A DNA stretch of 64,000 nt from an uncultured Clostridia bacterium (lineage in GTDB: Bacteria; Bacillota; Clostridia; Christensenellales; UBA1242), in NCBI GenBank assembly GCA_944384465.1, contig CALWTK010000002.1, forward strand, positions 28,257 through 92,256, read 5' to 3'. The notes beneath the pieces were generated by a model. That model was not told the DNA's origin. It was given only the letters and a program-made list of their open reading frames with translations, and did not search any database. This document shows positions 31,484 through 40,870 of the stretch, one piece after another (position 1 is the first letter of the stretch; every line of letters starts with the position of its first letter). Both the position numbers and the translations under genes were made by a program.

Positions 31484-32323
31484 ATGATAAATTGGTTTCC
31501 TGGGCATATGAATAAAACCTTGAAGCAGATGCAACGTGACAGCAAACTCTGCGATTGTTTTTTATATGTCGTGGATGCTAGATGCCCACTTAGTTGCATC
31601 AACCCAGAATTTGTGAAAGTGATAGGGGACAAACCTATCATTTTCGTAGTGAGCAAAATTGATTTGATAGAGAAAAAGACCTTTGAGAATATTAAAGCAT
31701 ATTTCAATTCACATGGACACGCTTGCGTAGGTGTAAATGCAGTGGTCAGCGGAAGCGCAAAAATAATTGTCTCAGCTATAAATAAAACCTTCATAGAGAG
31801 ACTAAATAAAAACAAATTGAATAATGTAAACTTTATCATCCGGGCAATGATTTTAGGAGTGCCGAATTCTGGGAAATCTACGATTGTCAACAATCTATGC
31901 AACAAGGCTAGAGCGGTCACTGGAAACAGAGCAGGAGTGACCAGAAGTAAACAATGGGTGAAAATTGGCGGCAATATTGAAATCATGGATACGCCAGGGG
32001 TATTGCTCCCAAATTTTGATAATGATGACTATGCCTATAATCTCGCCATTGTGGGCAGTGTGAAAGATGAAGTCCTAAACCTTGTTGAAGTTGCTTGTAT
32101 GCTTATCAAGAAATTAAATATGATAGATACAAATATCATCAAGTCTAAATATGGCGTAGATTATGATAAAAATACTCTAGATATAGATATTTTACGTGCA
32201 GTGGGCAAGAAAAGGGGTTGTATCATAAAAGGTGGTGAAATTGACACCGAACGCGCAGCAAAATTGTTGCTAAATGATTTTAGGTCGGGCAAACTCGGTA
32301 AAATCTACTTGGAGCAAATATGA
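31484..32323 (+). CDS. rbgA: ribosome biogenesis GTPase A (YlqF/RbgA)
   Basis: MINWFPGHMNK, circularly permuted GTPase, GVPNSGKST, DTPG. Confidence 0.9.
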   Translation: MINWFPGHMNKTLKQMQRDSKLCDCFLYVVDARCPLSCINPEFVKVIGDKPIIFVVSKIDLIEKKTFENIKAYFNSHGHACVGVNAVVSGSAKIIVSAINKTFIERLNKNKLNNVNFIIRAMILGVPNSGKSTIVNNLCNKARAVTGNRAGVTRSKQWVKIGGNIEIMDTPGVLLPNFDNDDYAYNLAIVGSVKDEVLNLVEVACMLIKKLNMIDTNIIKSKYGVDYDKNTLDIDILRAVGKKRGCIIKGGEIDTERAAKLLLNDFRSGKLGKIYLEQI

Positions 32324-32970
32324 TAGACACCAAAAAATTGTTTGATTATGATAAATCCTTGATGAGCGAGAAAGTTAAATTGATTGCCGGCATGGACGAA
32401 GTGGGGCGTGGACCTTTGGCGGGACCTGTGGTCGTCGCTTGTGTGATGATGCCGTATGATGAGATGATTGACGGAGTCTTTGATAGCAAAAAGGTCACGA
32501 AAAAGAATAGAGAACGTCTGTATGACGAAATACAAAAGAAAGCTATCGCTATATCAATTTGGAAAGAAGAGCAGGATATTATAGATACAGTAAATATCCT
32601 CAATGCCACAAAACTCAGCATGAAAAAAGCCTTTGAAAATTTGACCATCAAGCCTGACCTGCTACTCATAGACGCTGTGAAAATGAATATATGTGACAAC
32701 GAAAAGTCAATTATAAAAGGGGACGCCACCAGTTATGCGATAGCGTGCGCGTCAATTGTTGCGAAAGTGTACAGGGATAGGATTATGGAAGGTTATTCAA
32801 AAAAATATCCGCAATATGACTTTGAAAACAACGTGGGATATGGCACGAAAAAGCACATTGACGCCATCAAAAAGTTTGGGATCACTCGCATACATAGATT
32901 GAGTTTTTTGAAAAACATTATTGGGGAAGAAGAATGCAAAAGAATATATTTGGAAAGAGAAGCGAAATAA
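32320..32970 (+). CDS. rnhB: ribonuclease HII
   Basis: GMDEVGRGPLAGPVV, DSKK and ASIVAKV motifs. Confidence 0.95.
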   Translation: MIDTKKLFDYDKSLMSEKVKLIAGMDEVGRGPLAGPVVVACVMMPYDEMIDGVFDSKKVTKKNRERLYDEIQKKAIAISIWKEEQDIIDTVNILNATKLSMKKAFENLTIKPDLLLIDAVKMNICDNEKSIIKGDATSYAIACASIVAKVYRDRIMEGYSKKYPQYDFENNVGYGTKKHIDAIKKFGITRIHRLSFLKNIIGEEECKRIYLEREAK

Positions 32971-33281
32971 TAGCAATGAATTTCTTGAAAAAGAAAGGAT
33001 ATAAAATCCTAGAGACAAATTACAAAAATTCTATAGGCGAGATTGACATAATAGCAAAAGATAATGATTACATAGTGTTCGTTGAAGTGAAAGGCAGAAT
33101 GAGCAAAAAATTTGGCGACCCAGTAGAAGCCGTGGACTATAAAAAGCAATTCAAGATAAGGAATGTCGCCACAATGTATCTAAAACAAAAGCACCTTTTG
33201 GACACAAATTGTCGTTTTGATGTAATATCCGTCCTAGGCGACAGCGAAGAAGAGATCCGCCACATAGAAAACGCTTTTTGA
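32934..33281 (+). CDS. yraN: YraN-family (UPF0102) endonuclease-like protein
   Basis: GKRSEIIAMNFLKKKGYKILETNYK..GEIDIIA..VFVEVK. Confidence 0.85.
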   Translation: MQKNIFGKRSEIIAMNFLKKKGYKILETNYKNSIGEIDIIAKDNDYIVFVEVKGRMSKKFGDPVEAVDYKKQFKIRNVATMYLKQKHLLDTNCRFDVISVLGDSEEEIRHIENAF

Positions 33282-33315
33282 ATATAAAAATATTTGATAA
33301 TGAAAGGAGATAGAT

Positions 33316-34536
33316 ATGGAAAAAATTGTAGATGATGAATTGAAAAAAGCATATAAACAACTCAAATATTGGGGTATAGCGGCTAAAGAATTGAGCGATT
33401 CTAAAATAATTGAACGTGTAGAACTATTAAAAAAGGCACCTAGACACTCAGCCATCGATGAATTGTATTCGTCTAAATATATTTGGGGAGTCACAGCTGC
33501 TAACCTTAGGAATTATGACTTATCTAATCTACCTATAGATCTATTGTACCGAACAAGTTTTTCTAATAAGACAAAATGGCCATCACAAGACAAATTGCCA
33601 AAAGGGTTTCATCCTGATAAGATTATCGAACAAGCAAAGACTTTTAAAGGATTAGGTGTAGAAAAATTACATGAGCAAGGCGTGACAGGGAAGGGAGTGA
33701 CAATAGTATATATTGATAAACCTTTTGACACCCGTCATATTGAATTTGACAGTAAAAAAATTGAATATATAGTGAGGGGAGACGGAGAATTTAATTTTCA
33801 CGGGTATGCAGTAGCTGCACGTTTGGCTGGTCAAAACATGGGGATCGCCAAAGACATTAATATGATATATTATGCTTGTGGTGGTATAGGGAAATATAAT
33901 GATTATTTTACTGACTATGTTTCATATGAACTAAAAATATTGAAAGATATCATCAAAAGGGTGGAAAACAATGAGCAAATTGCCGCTATAGGAGTATCTG
34001 CTTCCATATCTTATCATATATATATGTTAAAAAATGATAGACTGAAAAAACGTTTTGAATCAACATTCAATGAATTGAAAAAGAGATTGGACGAATTAGG
34101 TGTTCCATTGATAGATAGCGAAACTTTTTGGGATAAAGGTTTTTCATATTGCTTTAAAATTGATCCAAAATTGCCAAATGACTATGTTGACAACTATTTT
34201 GATAGATTTTCTGCTATGAGCAATGAGGAAAAGATGTCTGTAATAGATGCCGATAAATGCATACCTCTAGTTTACACATTAGATAGTTATAAATATGAAA
34301 ATTTGATAGGGAGTGCCAGTTGGAGTATTCCACAGGTTGTGGGGCTATATGCTTTGGCAAAGCAAATTGATAAAGATCTAACCTTTGATGAATTCGTAGA
34401 GATAACAAGAAAAACATTGGATCCAGCCAACATACATGGAGTCAGATTGATCAATGCTCCAAATTTGATCAAAGAAGTACAACATCAAAAAGAAGTGAAA
34501 GCAGAATCAACATTAACTATAAGTCCAGAAAATTAA
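33316..34536 (+). CDS. subtilase (S8)-like serine peptidase, no signal peptide, divergent
   Basis: Triad-like motifs in the order and spacing of subtilisins: [10 protein letters not shown]134KPF, FH162[10 protein letters not shown] and GSAS335[13 protein letters not shown] (compare GTSMAxPhVAG). The N-terminus is hydrophilic. Confidence 0.6.
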   Translation: MEKIVDDELKKAYKQLKYWGIAAKELSDSKIIERVELLKKAPRHSAIDELYSSKYIWGVTAANLRNYDLSNLPIDLLYRTSFSNKTKWPSQDKLPKGFHPDKIIEQAKTFKGLGVEKLHEQGVTGKGVTIVYIDKPFDTRHIEFDSKKIEYIVRGDGEFNFHGYAVAARLAGQNMGIAKDINMIYYACGGIGKYNDYFTDYVSYELKILKDIIKRVENNEQIAAIGVSASISYHIYMLKNDRLKKRFESTFNELKKRLDELGVPLIDSETFWDKGFSYCFKIDPKLPNDYVDNYFDRFSAMSNEEKMSVIDADKCIPLVYTLDSYKYENLIGSASWSIPQVVGLYALAKQIDKDLTFDEFVEITRKTLDPANIHGVRLINAPNLIKEVQHQKEVKAESTLTISPEN

Positions 34537-34555
34537 TAAAATTTTTGAAAAACAC

Positions 34556-34584
34556 TTGCAAATATTATTTTTGTATGTTATATT
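34556..34584 (+). promoter_or_regulatory. rplS promoter
   Basis: TTGCAA(34556..34561)-17 nt-TATATT(34579..34584), TGT-extended. Confidence 0.55.
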
Positions 34585-34589
34585 CATAT

Positions 34590-34646
34590 AGTTATGTTGG
34601 CGGTCCGCTGCAGTCCAATTGCAAGAACGTCAAAAGGAGGTTAAGT
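34590..34646 (+). ncRNA. candidate ribosomal protein L19 leader (cis-regulatory 5' UTR)
   Basis: A GC-rich island, GTTGGCGGTCCGCTGCAGTCCAATTGCAAGAACGTC, lies in an otherwise AT-rich UTR. Nested pairings TTGG..CCAA and GCG-gtc-CGC are possible. L19 leaders are known upstream of rplS in low-GC Gram-positives. Confidence 0.35.
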
Positions 34647-34988
34647 ATGACTATAATCGACCAAATCGAGAAAGAGCAATTGAGAAATGACATCACTCCT
34701 TTCAATATTGGAGACACCGTACGCGTTATGGTTAAAGTCAAAGAAGGAGATAAAGAACGTGTGCAAGCATACGAAGGTGTAGTAATTGCGAAGAAAGGTT
34801 CTGGCATTAGAGAAAACTTTACTGTTAGAAGAGTATCTTTCGGTATTGGTGTGGAAAGAACTTTCCCTATCAATAGTCCTAGAATTGATAAAGTTATTCT
34901 TGTTAGACGTGGTAAAGTTAGACGTGCTAAAATTTATTACATTCGTGGTCTTTCTGGTAAAGCGGCTAAAGTTAAAGAAGTTAAATAA
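34647..34988 (+). CDS. rplS: 50S ribosomal protein L19
   Basis: ORF 34545.. trimmed to ATG 34647 behind AAAAGGAGG. Sequence [27 protein letters not shown]. Confidence 0.95.
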   Translation: MTIIDQIEKEQLRNDITPFNIGDTVRVMVKVKEGDKERVQAYEGVVIAKKGSGIRENFTVRRVSFGIGVERTFPINSPRIDKVILVRRGKVRRAKIYYIRGLSGKAAKVKEVK

Positions 34989-35000
34989 AAGTAATAAATT

Positions 35001-35024
35001 AGACACATTATGTGTCTTTTTTTT
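35001..35024. terminator. intrinsic terminator between convergent rplS and the XRE gene
   Basis: AGACACA-tta-TGTGTCT followed by TTTTTTTT. Confidence 0.65.
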
Positions 35025-35031
35025 GTCTATA

Positions 35032-35235
35032 TCATTTTGCAATAAAATCATGTCCTGTTATCAAATAGTCAATTGACACATTGAAATATCTTGACATCGT
35101 GATCAAAAGTTTTAGACTCGGTTCACGCTTGCCATTTTCATAATAAGATAGTGCTTCACGTGAAATATTTAAATCAATCGCTACTTTTTGTTGATTTAGA
35201 CCTTTTATTTTTCTAATTTCTTTTAAACCCTTCAA
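35032..35235 (-). CDS. XRE-family HTH transcriptional regulator (67 aa)
   Basis: LKEIRKIKGLNQQKVAIDLNISREALSYYENGKREPSLKLLITMSRYFNVSIDYL is a canonical HTH_3. Confidence 0.85.
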   Translation of the reverse strand: MKGLKEIRKIKGLNQQKVAIDLNISREALSYYENGKREPSLKLLITMSRYFNVSIDYLITGHDFIAK

Positions 35236-35263
35236 TTTATTTCCTTAAAAGTTAAGATATCTG

Positions 35264-35315
35264 TTGACAATATTGTAACATTTTGTTAATATTTAAATGT
35301 AACATTATGTTACAT
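35264..35315 (+). promoter_or_regulatory. promoter plus palindromic operator of the membrane-protein gene
   Basis: TTGACA(35264..35269)-17 nt-TAATAT(35287..35292). A 19-bp palindrome, ATGTAACAT-T-ATGTTACAT (35297..35315), lies between the -10 and the RBS. A third half-site, TTGTAACAT, is in the spacer (35273..35281). Confidence 0.6.
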
Positions 35316-35325
35316 GGGAGGTAAT

Positions 35326-35973
35326 ATGCAAAAAAGGATATTAGATAAAAGAGAGAGTATTATTATAATTATATTTTTAACAATAATATCAATATTATGT
35401 TTTGTGAAATTTATAATTGATTATATTGATATATCTGAATCGCTAAAATTACTGCAACAAAGCTATGATTCACTTCAGCTATCAAATATAAATATCATTA
35501 AATTTATTTCAATTTTTGCCTTGGTACTATGCATGATTTTATTTTTATCAACATTTGTACCTCTGTTTATAAAGAATATCAATGTAAAGAGGGTACTGTT
35601 GTTGTCGACAATCATATTTTGCGCCACATGTATTGTGTTCTATTTCATATTATTATTTTATTTGGGAGACGGGTCAAATTTAGATTCAGAAGAGTTTCTA
35701 ACATACATGATTGAAAGCCAATTCGTTGATAATTTTAGTTACTTGATAAGCCCTATTATATTGATTGTCTTGCTATGTTTTTCAAGCTTTTATCTATCAA
35801 ATTTATTGTTTGACAAGGAAAAAGTTGTTGATCAAATTAGCACTGAATCAGCTACCGACAAACCTATTCAAGAAAAAACTTTAGAAGTAGAAATTGAAAA
35901 ACTAAAAAGTCAATTGCGCATAAAAGATCTAGAAAAAGAGTATATGAGATTGAAAGGCAAGCTTGACGAGTAG
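35326..35973 (+). CDS. hypothetical membrane protein, about 4 TM helices plus a C-terminal coiled coil
   Basis: ORF 35314.. trimmed to ATG 35326 behind GGGAGG. Four hydrophobic segments are followed by KTLEVEIEKLKSQLRIKDLEKEYMRLKGKLDE. Confidence 0.6.
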   Translation: MQKRILDKRESIIIIIFLTIISILCFVKFIIDYIDISESLKLLQQSYDSLQLSNINIIKFISIFALVLCMILFLSTFVPLFIKNINVKRVLLLSTIIFCATCIVFYFILLFYLGDGSNLDSEEFLTYMIESQFVDNFSYLISPIILIVLLCFSSFYLSNLLFDKEKVVDQISTESATDKPIQEKTLEVEIEKLKSQLRIKDLEKEYMRLKGKLDE

Positions 35974-36108
35974 AGAATGTTTCACATTTTGTCATAATGA
36001 ACAAATGATTTATAAAATTTAAGCAGCATATGAGTTTATCGAACAAATGTTTGATAAATCGCTTGACAAAATTTTCCAATATATGCTATGTTTATCTCAA
36101 GAGGAATT

Positions 36109-37641
36109 ATGTTAGCGAAAATTTTGTCTTTTGGTTTAAATGGGATAAATGGTTATCCAGTGGTTATTGAATTGGACATTAACGCGGGCTTGCCCGGATA
36201 TGACGTCGTGGGTCTTGCAGACACTGCGATAAAAGAGAGCAAATCTAGGGTGAAGGCAGCCATAAAAAATAGTTCTTTCAATTATCCTATCAACAAGGTT
36301 ATCATCAATCTGGCGCCAGCAGATACTAAAAAAGAAGGTAGCATGTATGATCTACCTATTGCTTTGGGTATTTTGGTCGCTGAAGATGTATTACCTAATA
36401 CGGCAGTGAAAGATTATGTAGTTTTGGGCGAATTGAGTCTAAATGGCGAGATTCGTAAATTGAATGGTATTATGCCTATGCTAATTTCAGCTAAGCAGAT
36501 GGGATATAACAAATTCATCATTCCGAAGGACAATGCAATGGAAGCATCATTTATAGATGAGATAGAAGTCTATCCTGTCGAAAATTTGAAGCAAGTTGTG
36601 TCTTTTCTAAAAGGTGAAATTGAGATAGCGAAAAATGATTGCAAAACTTTTGAGTCGGCGCTAAAAGAGCATGATTTCAATCATGATTTTGCGTATGTGA
36701 AAGGTCAAGCTAGCGCCAAGCGCGCCATGGAAATAGCAGCTGCTGGATGGCATAATATTTTATTGATTGGTCCACCAGGAGCAGGTAAGACAATGCTTGC
36801 TAAATGTTTTCCGTCAATTTTGCCTGATTTAACTTTTGAAGAGAGTCTGGAAGTGACGAAAATACACAGTGTAGCGGGAATATTGGACCCTAAAAAAGGG
36901 ATTGTCGTGGAGCGTCCATTTAGAAGTCCACACCACACAGCGACGCTGATTGCGCTCACAGGTGGTGGGGCGAAGGCAAAGCCTGGAGAGATAAGTCTAG
37001 CACACAATGGAGTACTGTTTTTAGATGAAATGCCCGAATATGCCAGGAACACTATAGAGACCCTGCGTCAGCCTATGGAAGACGGGTATATAACGGTAGC
37101 TAGGAATGCTTTAACTGTTCAATATCCTGCCAATTTTATTCTTGTTGCCAGCATGAATCCATGCCCATGCGGATATTATGGTAGCAGTACAAATCAATGT
37201 AAATGTACGCCAGCCGCTATCCATAAATATCTGTCTAAAGTCAGCGGACCACTGCTAGATAGAATAGATTTACATATAGAAGTAGATAGCATCAATTACG
37301 AAGAATTGTCGCATTATGAATTGGAAGAGCCGAGCCGAGAGATCAAAAAGCGCGTAAACAAAGCACGAGAGATACAACTCAACCGCTTTAAGGACAGCAA
37401 CATCTATTCAAATGCGAAGATGAATGAAAAGGAATTCAAACAATATTGCAAACTAGATAAAGACAGCAACGACTTACTAGAATTGGCGTTCAAAAAACTG
37501 AATCTGTCAGCACGTGCATACAACAGGATTTTGAAAGTGGCGCGGACCATTGCGGATCTGGACGGGAAGGAAAATATTGAAAAGCAGCATGTCATGGAAG
37601 CAATACAATATAGGACATTAGACAAAAAATATACGGTGTGA
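36109..37641 (+). CDS. comM: YifB/ComM-family Mg-chelatase-like AAA+ ATPase
   Basis: MLAKILSFGLNGINGYPV, GPPGAGKTMLAK, VLFLDEMPEY. Confidence 0.9.
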   Translation: MLAKILSFGLNGINGYPVVIELDINAGLPGYDVVGLADTAIKESKSRVKAAIKNSSFNYPINKVIINLAPADTKKEGSMYDLPIALGILVAEDVLPNTAVKDYVVLGELSLNGEIRKLNGIMPMLISAKQMGYNKFIIPKDNAMEASFIDEIEVYPVENLKQVVSFLKGEIEIAKNDCKTFESALKEHDFNHDFAYVKGQASAKRAMEIAAAGWHNILLIGPPGAGKTMLAKCFPSILPDLTFEESLEVTKIHSVAGILDPKKGIVVERPFRSPHHTATLIALTGGGAKAKPGEISLAHNGVLFLDEMPEYARNTIETLRQPMEDGYITVARNALTVQYPANFILVASMNPCPCGYYGSSTNQCKCTPAAIHKYLSKVSGPLLDRIDLHIEVDSINYEELSHYELEEPSREIKKRVNKAREIQLNRFKDSNIYSNAKMNEKEFKQYCKLDKDSNDLLELAFKKLNLSARAYNRILKVARTIADLDGKENIEKQHVMEAIQYRTLDKKYTV

Positions 37642-37645
37642 TTTT

Positions 37646-38725
37646 ATGAATATTGATGATAAAAATATAATATGGTTAGATCTATTTGGATTTTTGACCT
37701 ATCACAAAAAGAAGAAAATTTTGAGTTGTTTTGATAAAGGCGTGGATATCAAAAATGGTTTTAAATTCAATCAAAATTTAAGGGTAATTTTGACCGATAT
37801 GGAATATAGAAAAATGTCAAATCTACTTGATGATAATTTCCTAGACGCCCAGATAGAAAAATTTACTAATGATGGTATCATCATGATCACTATCAATGAT
37901 AGCAGATATCCATTTTTGTTGCACCAAATAGATGAACCGCCTTTGTGCCTATATTGCAAAGGAAATGTTCAATTGTTGAATAGTTTGTGTTTTGCGGTCG
38001 TTGGGACCAGGAAACCCACTGATTACGGAGTCGTGGTTACAAAACAATATGTGAAAGAATTATCGAAATATGACATCACCATAGTGTCTGGACTGGCGCA
38101 GGGTATTGACACAGTCGCGCATAAAACAGCAATAGAAAACAATGGAAAAACGATAGCAGTTTTAGCTGGTGGTCTGTATCATATTTATCCAGCATCAAAC
38201 TATCATCTCGCAAAAGAGATGACGCAAAACAATCTGATATTGAGCGAAAACAGTCCAAATATCACACCAATGACTTATTCTTTCCCGTTTAGGAATAGAA
38301 TCATTGCGGGATTGTCTCGCGGTGTGCTTATTCCAGAAGCAACTTTGAATAGCGGATCATTGCATACGAAAAATTATGCTCTGGATTACAACAGAGATGT
38401 TTTTGTCGTCCCTGGCAAGATCACATCTCCAGCTTCTGCGGGTACCAACGCTCTCATTAAAGAGGTGCCAATCGCTATGACGACTAGCCCAGATGATATA
38501 CTAATTTCTCTAAATATTGATAAAAAGAATGAAAAAACTTCCGCTCTACAACTTGACATGACCGAACAAATTATATTAGATTATATCAGGACTGAAAAAA
38601 AGACCTTTCAAGAAATAGTGGATTTTACGAAACTCTCAGCTAGTGAGTTGAACACAATTTTGTTCAATCTTGAATTGTCTGGATTAGTTCTTCATACATC
38701 TAATAATAGTTATATTATGGCATAG
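37646..38725 (+). CDS. dprA: DNA processing protein DprA
   Basis: VVGTRKPTDYG, GLAQGIDTVAHK, FPFRNRIIAGLS. Confidence 0.9.
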   Translation: MNIDDKNIIWLDLFGFLTYHKKKKILSCFDKGVDIKNGFKFNQNLRVILTDMEYRKMSNLLDDNFLDAQIEKFTNDGIIMITINDSRYPFLLHQIDEPPLCLYCKGNVQLLNSLCFAVVGTRKPTDYGVVVTKQYVKELSKYDITIVSGLAQGIDTVAHKTAIENNGKTIAVLAGGLYHIYPASNYHLAKEMTQNNLILSENSPNITPMTYSFPFRNRIIAGLSRGVLIPEATLNSGSLHTKNYALDYNRDVFVVPGKITSPASAGTNALIKEVPIAMTTSPDDILISLNIDKKNEKTSALQLDMTEQIILDYIRTEKKTFQEIVDFTKLSASELNTILFNLELSGLVLHTSNNSYIMA

Positions 38726-38794
38726 TTATTTTTAATTTGCTATCTTGAATAACATCGTAACTAATAATATATACATTAATTAAAGGGAGAAAAC

Positions 38795-40870
38795 ATGAAA
38801 TTAGTATTTATAGAAGGACCAGGTAAACGTGATACGATCAAAAAATATTTAGGTAGTGAATATGTTGTTTTCCCAACGAAAGGTCATGTTAGAGACCTGC
38901 CTGCAAAAAGTTTCGCTATTGATATAGAGCATGGATATGAGCCTACATATGAAATAATCCCAGAGAAAAAATCCATAGTCAATGAGCTGAAAAAGCAAGC
39001 AGAAAAAGCGGACGCCATATATCTTGCTACCGACCCGGATAGGGAAGGAGAGGCGATAGCATGGCATCTGGCGACAATACTAAACCTAGACAAAGACGCA
39101 TTGGTGAGGACTGCTTTCAATGAAATCAGCAAAAAAGCAGTGCAAGAAAGCATTCAGCATCCAAAACCAATCAATTACGACCTAGTCAATGCCCAACAAG
39201 GGAGACGCGTCTTAGATAGGATAATGGGATACAAATTGAGCCCATTGTTGTCAAAGAAGATTCACGGCAAACTCAGTGCTGGGCGTGTGCAATCGGTCAC
39301 TTTGAAGCTCATTGTAGATAGAGAAAAGGCGATTCAATCGTTTGTTCCAGTAGAATATTGGAACATCACAGCTGAACTAAAAAAGGACAAAGATAAATTC
39401 AAGGCAGAATTGATTCAATATAAAGACAAGAAATTGGAAATTCCGAATAAAGATGCTGTAGATAAAATATTGGCAGACATTGAGAATGCGGAATACAAAG
39501 TATCGAATGTAAAACGTCAGGTGACATACTCAAAACCGCCAGCACCATATATCACTAGCAGTTTACAGCAGGACGCTGTCAGCAAACTGAAGATGACATT
39601 GAATGCATATACCAAATGTGCTCAATCGCTGTACGAAGGTGTAATGATAGCGGGTGAAGGTAAGACCGCTTTGGTGACATACATTCGTACCGACTCGACG
39701 CGTGTCAGTCTGGATGCACAGTTTATGGCAAAAGATTATATACTCAATAATTTTGGCGAAGCATACGCACCAAAAAAATTCAATGAATACGCCTCAAAAG
39801 AGAGCGCGCAAGATGCTCACGAAGCAATCAGACCTATCAATTTGAAATACACGCCAGAATATTTAAAAGGAAAGATAGAAGAACAATATTTGAAATTGTA
39901 TACATTGATATTCAAGCGCTTTGTGGCGAGTCAAATGAGTTTTGCGCAATATGACAGCTTAACTGTAGATATACTTGCTAATGATTATAAATTTAGAGCG
40001 AGTGGGAAAGCACTTATCTTTGATGGATATACCAGGGTATACAAAGTGCAAGAAGATGATAAAAATGGAATAAATATTCCAGCATTAAATGAAGGTGAAA
40101 TCGTAGATAAAGAGAAGCTGATCACAGAACAAAAATTTACCAAACCACCTGTTAGATTTACTGAAGCCAGTTTGATCAAAGAGATGGAAGTGCAAGGGAT
40201 AGGTAGACCAGCTACATATGCTTCCACCGTCATGACATTATTTAATAGAGAATATATTAAGACAGAGAAAAAATATCTTGTACCGACTGAATTGGGAGTA
40301 CAGGTGACTGAATATTTGGAAGAGCATTTCAAAAATGTGATGGATATTAAGTTTACTGCCGACATGGAAAAGCAACTTGACGATGTAGAACTCGGCAAGG
40401 TAAAGTGGCAAGATATAGTAGACAATTTCTACAAAGATTTTAGCAAGCAACTGGACATTGCGAGTAAAGAAATTGGGTCAACTATAAAATCTGCTCCCGA
40501 ACCTAGTGACATTAAGTGCGACAAATGTGGGGCAATGATGGTATATAGGGATGGAAAATTCGGTAGATTCCTAGCATGTTCGAATTTCCCACAATGCAAG
40601 AACACAAAGAATATCAATCAACCACAGTCTCAAGTTACAGAAACAGGTATCTGTCCAAAATGTGGTGGAGTAGTCAGTGCAAAATATAGCAAGCGCGGAA
40701 AACTATTCTTTGGGTGCGACAATTTTCCAAAATGTGATTATATCTCGTGGGATTTGCCGCTAGAGAAAAAATGCCCAAAGTGTGGCGCAAATTTATTTAA
40801 AAAGTTTGGTGCCAAAGGCAAAACGAGTGTAGTATGCAACAATAAAGGTTGTACTTATGTTGAAGATTAA
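38795..40870 (+). CDS. topA: DNA topoisomerase I
   Basis: TOPRIM domain (ATDPDREGEAIAWH), YIRTDSTR active-site Tyr motif, three C-terminal Cys4 zinc ribbons. Confidence 0.97.
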   Translation: MKLVFIEGPGKRDTIKKYLGSEYVVFPTKGHVRDLPAKSFAIDIEHGYEPTYEIIPEKKSIVNELKKQAEKADAIYLATDPDREGEAIAWHLATILNLDKDALVRTAFNEISKKAVQESIQHPKPINYDLVNAQQGRRVLDRIMGYKLSPLLSKKIHGKLSAGRVQSVTLKLIVDREKAIQSFVPVEYWNITAELKKDKDKFKAELIQYKDKKLEIPNKDAVDKILADIENAEYKVSNVKRQVTYSKPPAPYITSSLQQDAVSKLKMTLNAYTKCAQSLYEGVMIAGEGKTALVTYIRTDSTRVSLDAQFMAKDYILNNFGEAYAPKKFNEYASKESAQDAHEAIRPINLKYTPEYLKGKIEEQYLKLYTLIFKRFVASQMSFAQYDSLTVDILANDYKFRASGKALIFDGYTRVYKVQEDDKNGINIPALNEGEIVDKEKLITEQKFTKPPVRFTEASLIKEMEVQGIGRPATYASTVMTLFNREYIKTEKKYLVPTELGVQVTEYLEEHFKNVMDIKFTADMEKQLDDVELGKVKWQDIVDNFYKDFSKQLDIASKEIGSTIKSAPEPSDIKCDKCGAMMVYRDGKFGRFLACSNFPQCKNTKNINQPQSQVTETGICPKCGGVVSAKYSKRGKLFFGCDNFPKCDYISWDLPLEKKCPKCGANLFKKFGAKGKTSVVCNNKGCTYVED

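Noticed and set aside
34545-34646. N-terminal extensions offered by the ORF track for rplS. The same applies to rpsB 48307, ligA 19074, uppS 50855, comM 36088, plsX 6297, the patatin gene 799, rpe 13429, spoIIIAA 62047 and cdsA 51639.
   Set aside because: The extensions run through promoters, terminators or upstream genes, use weak starts, and lack an RBS. Internal ATGs with good SD spacing reproduce the conserved N-termini.
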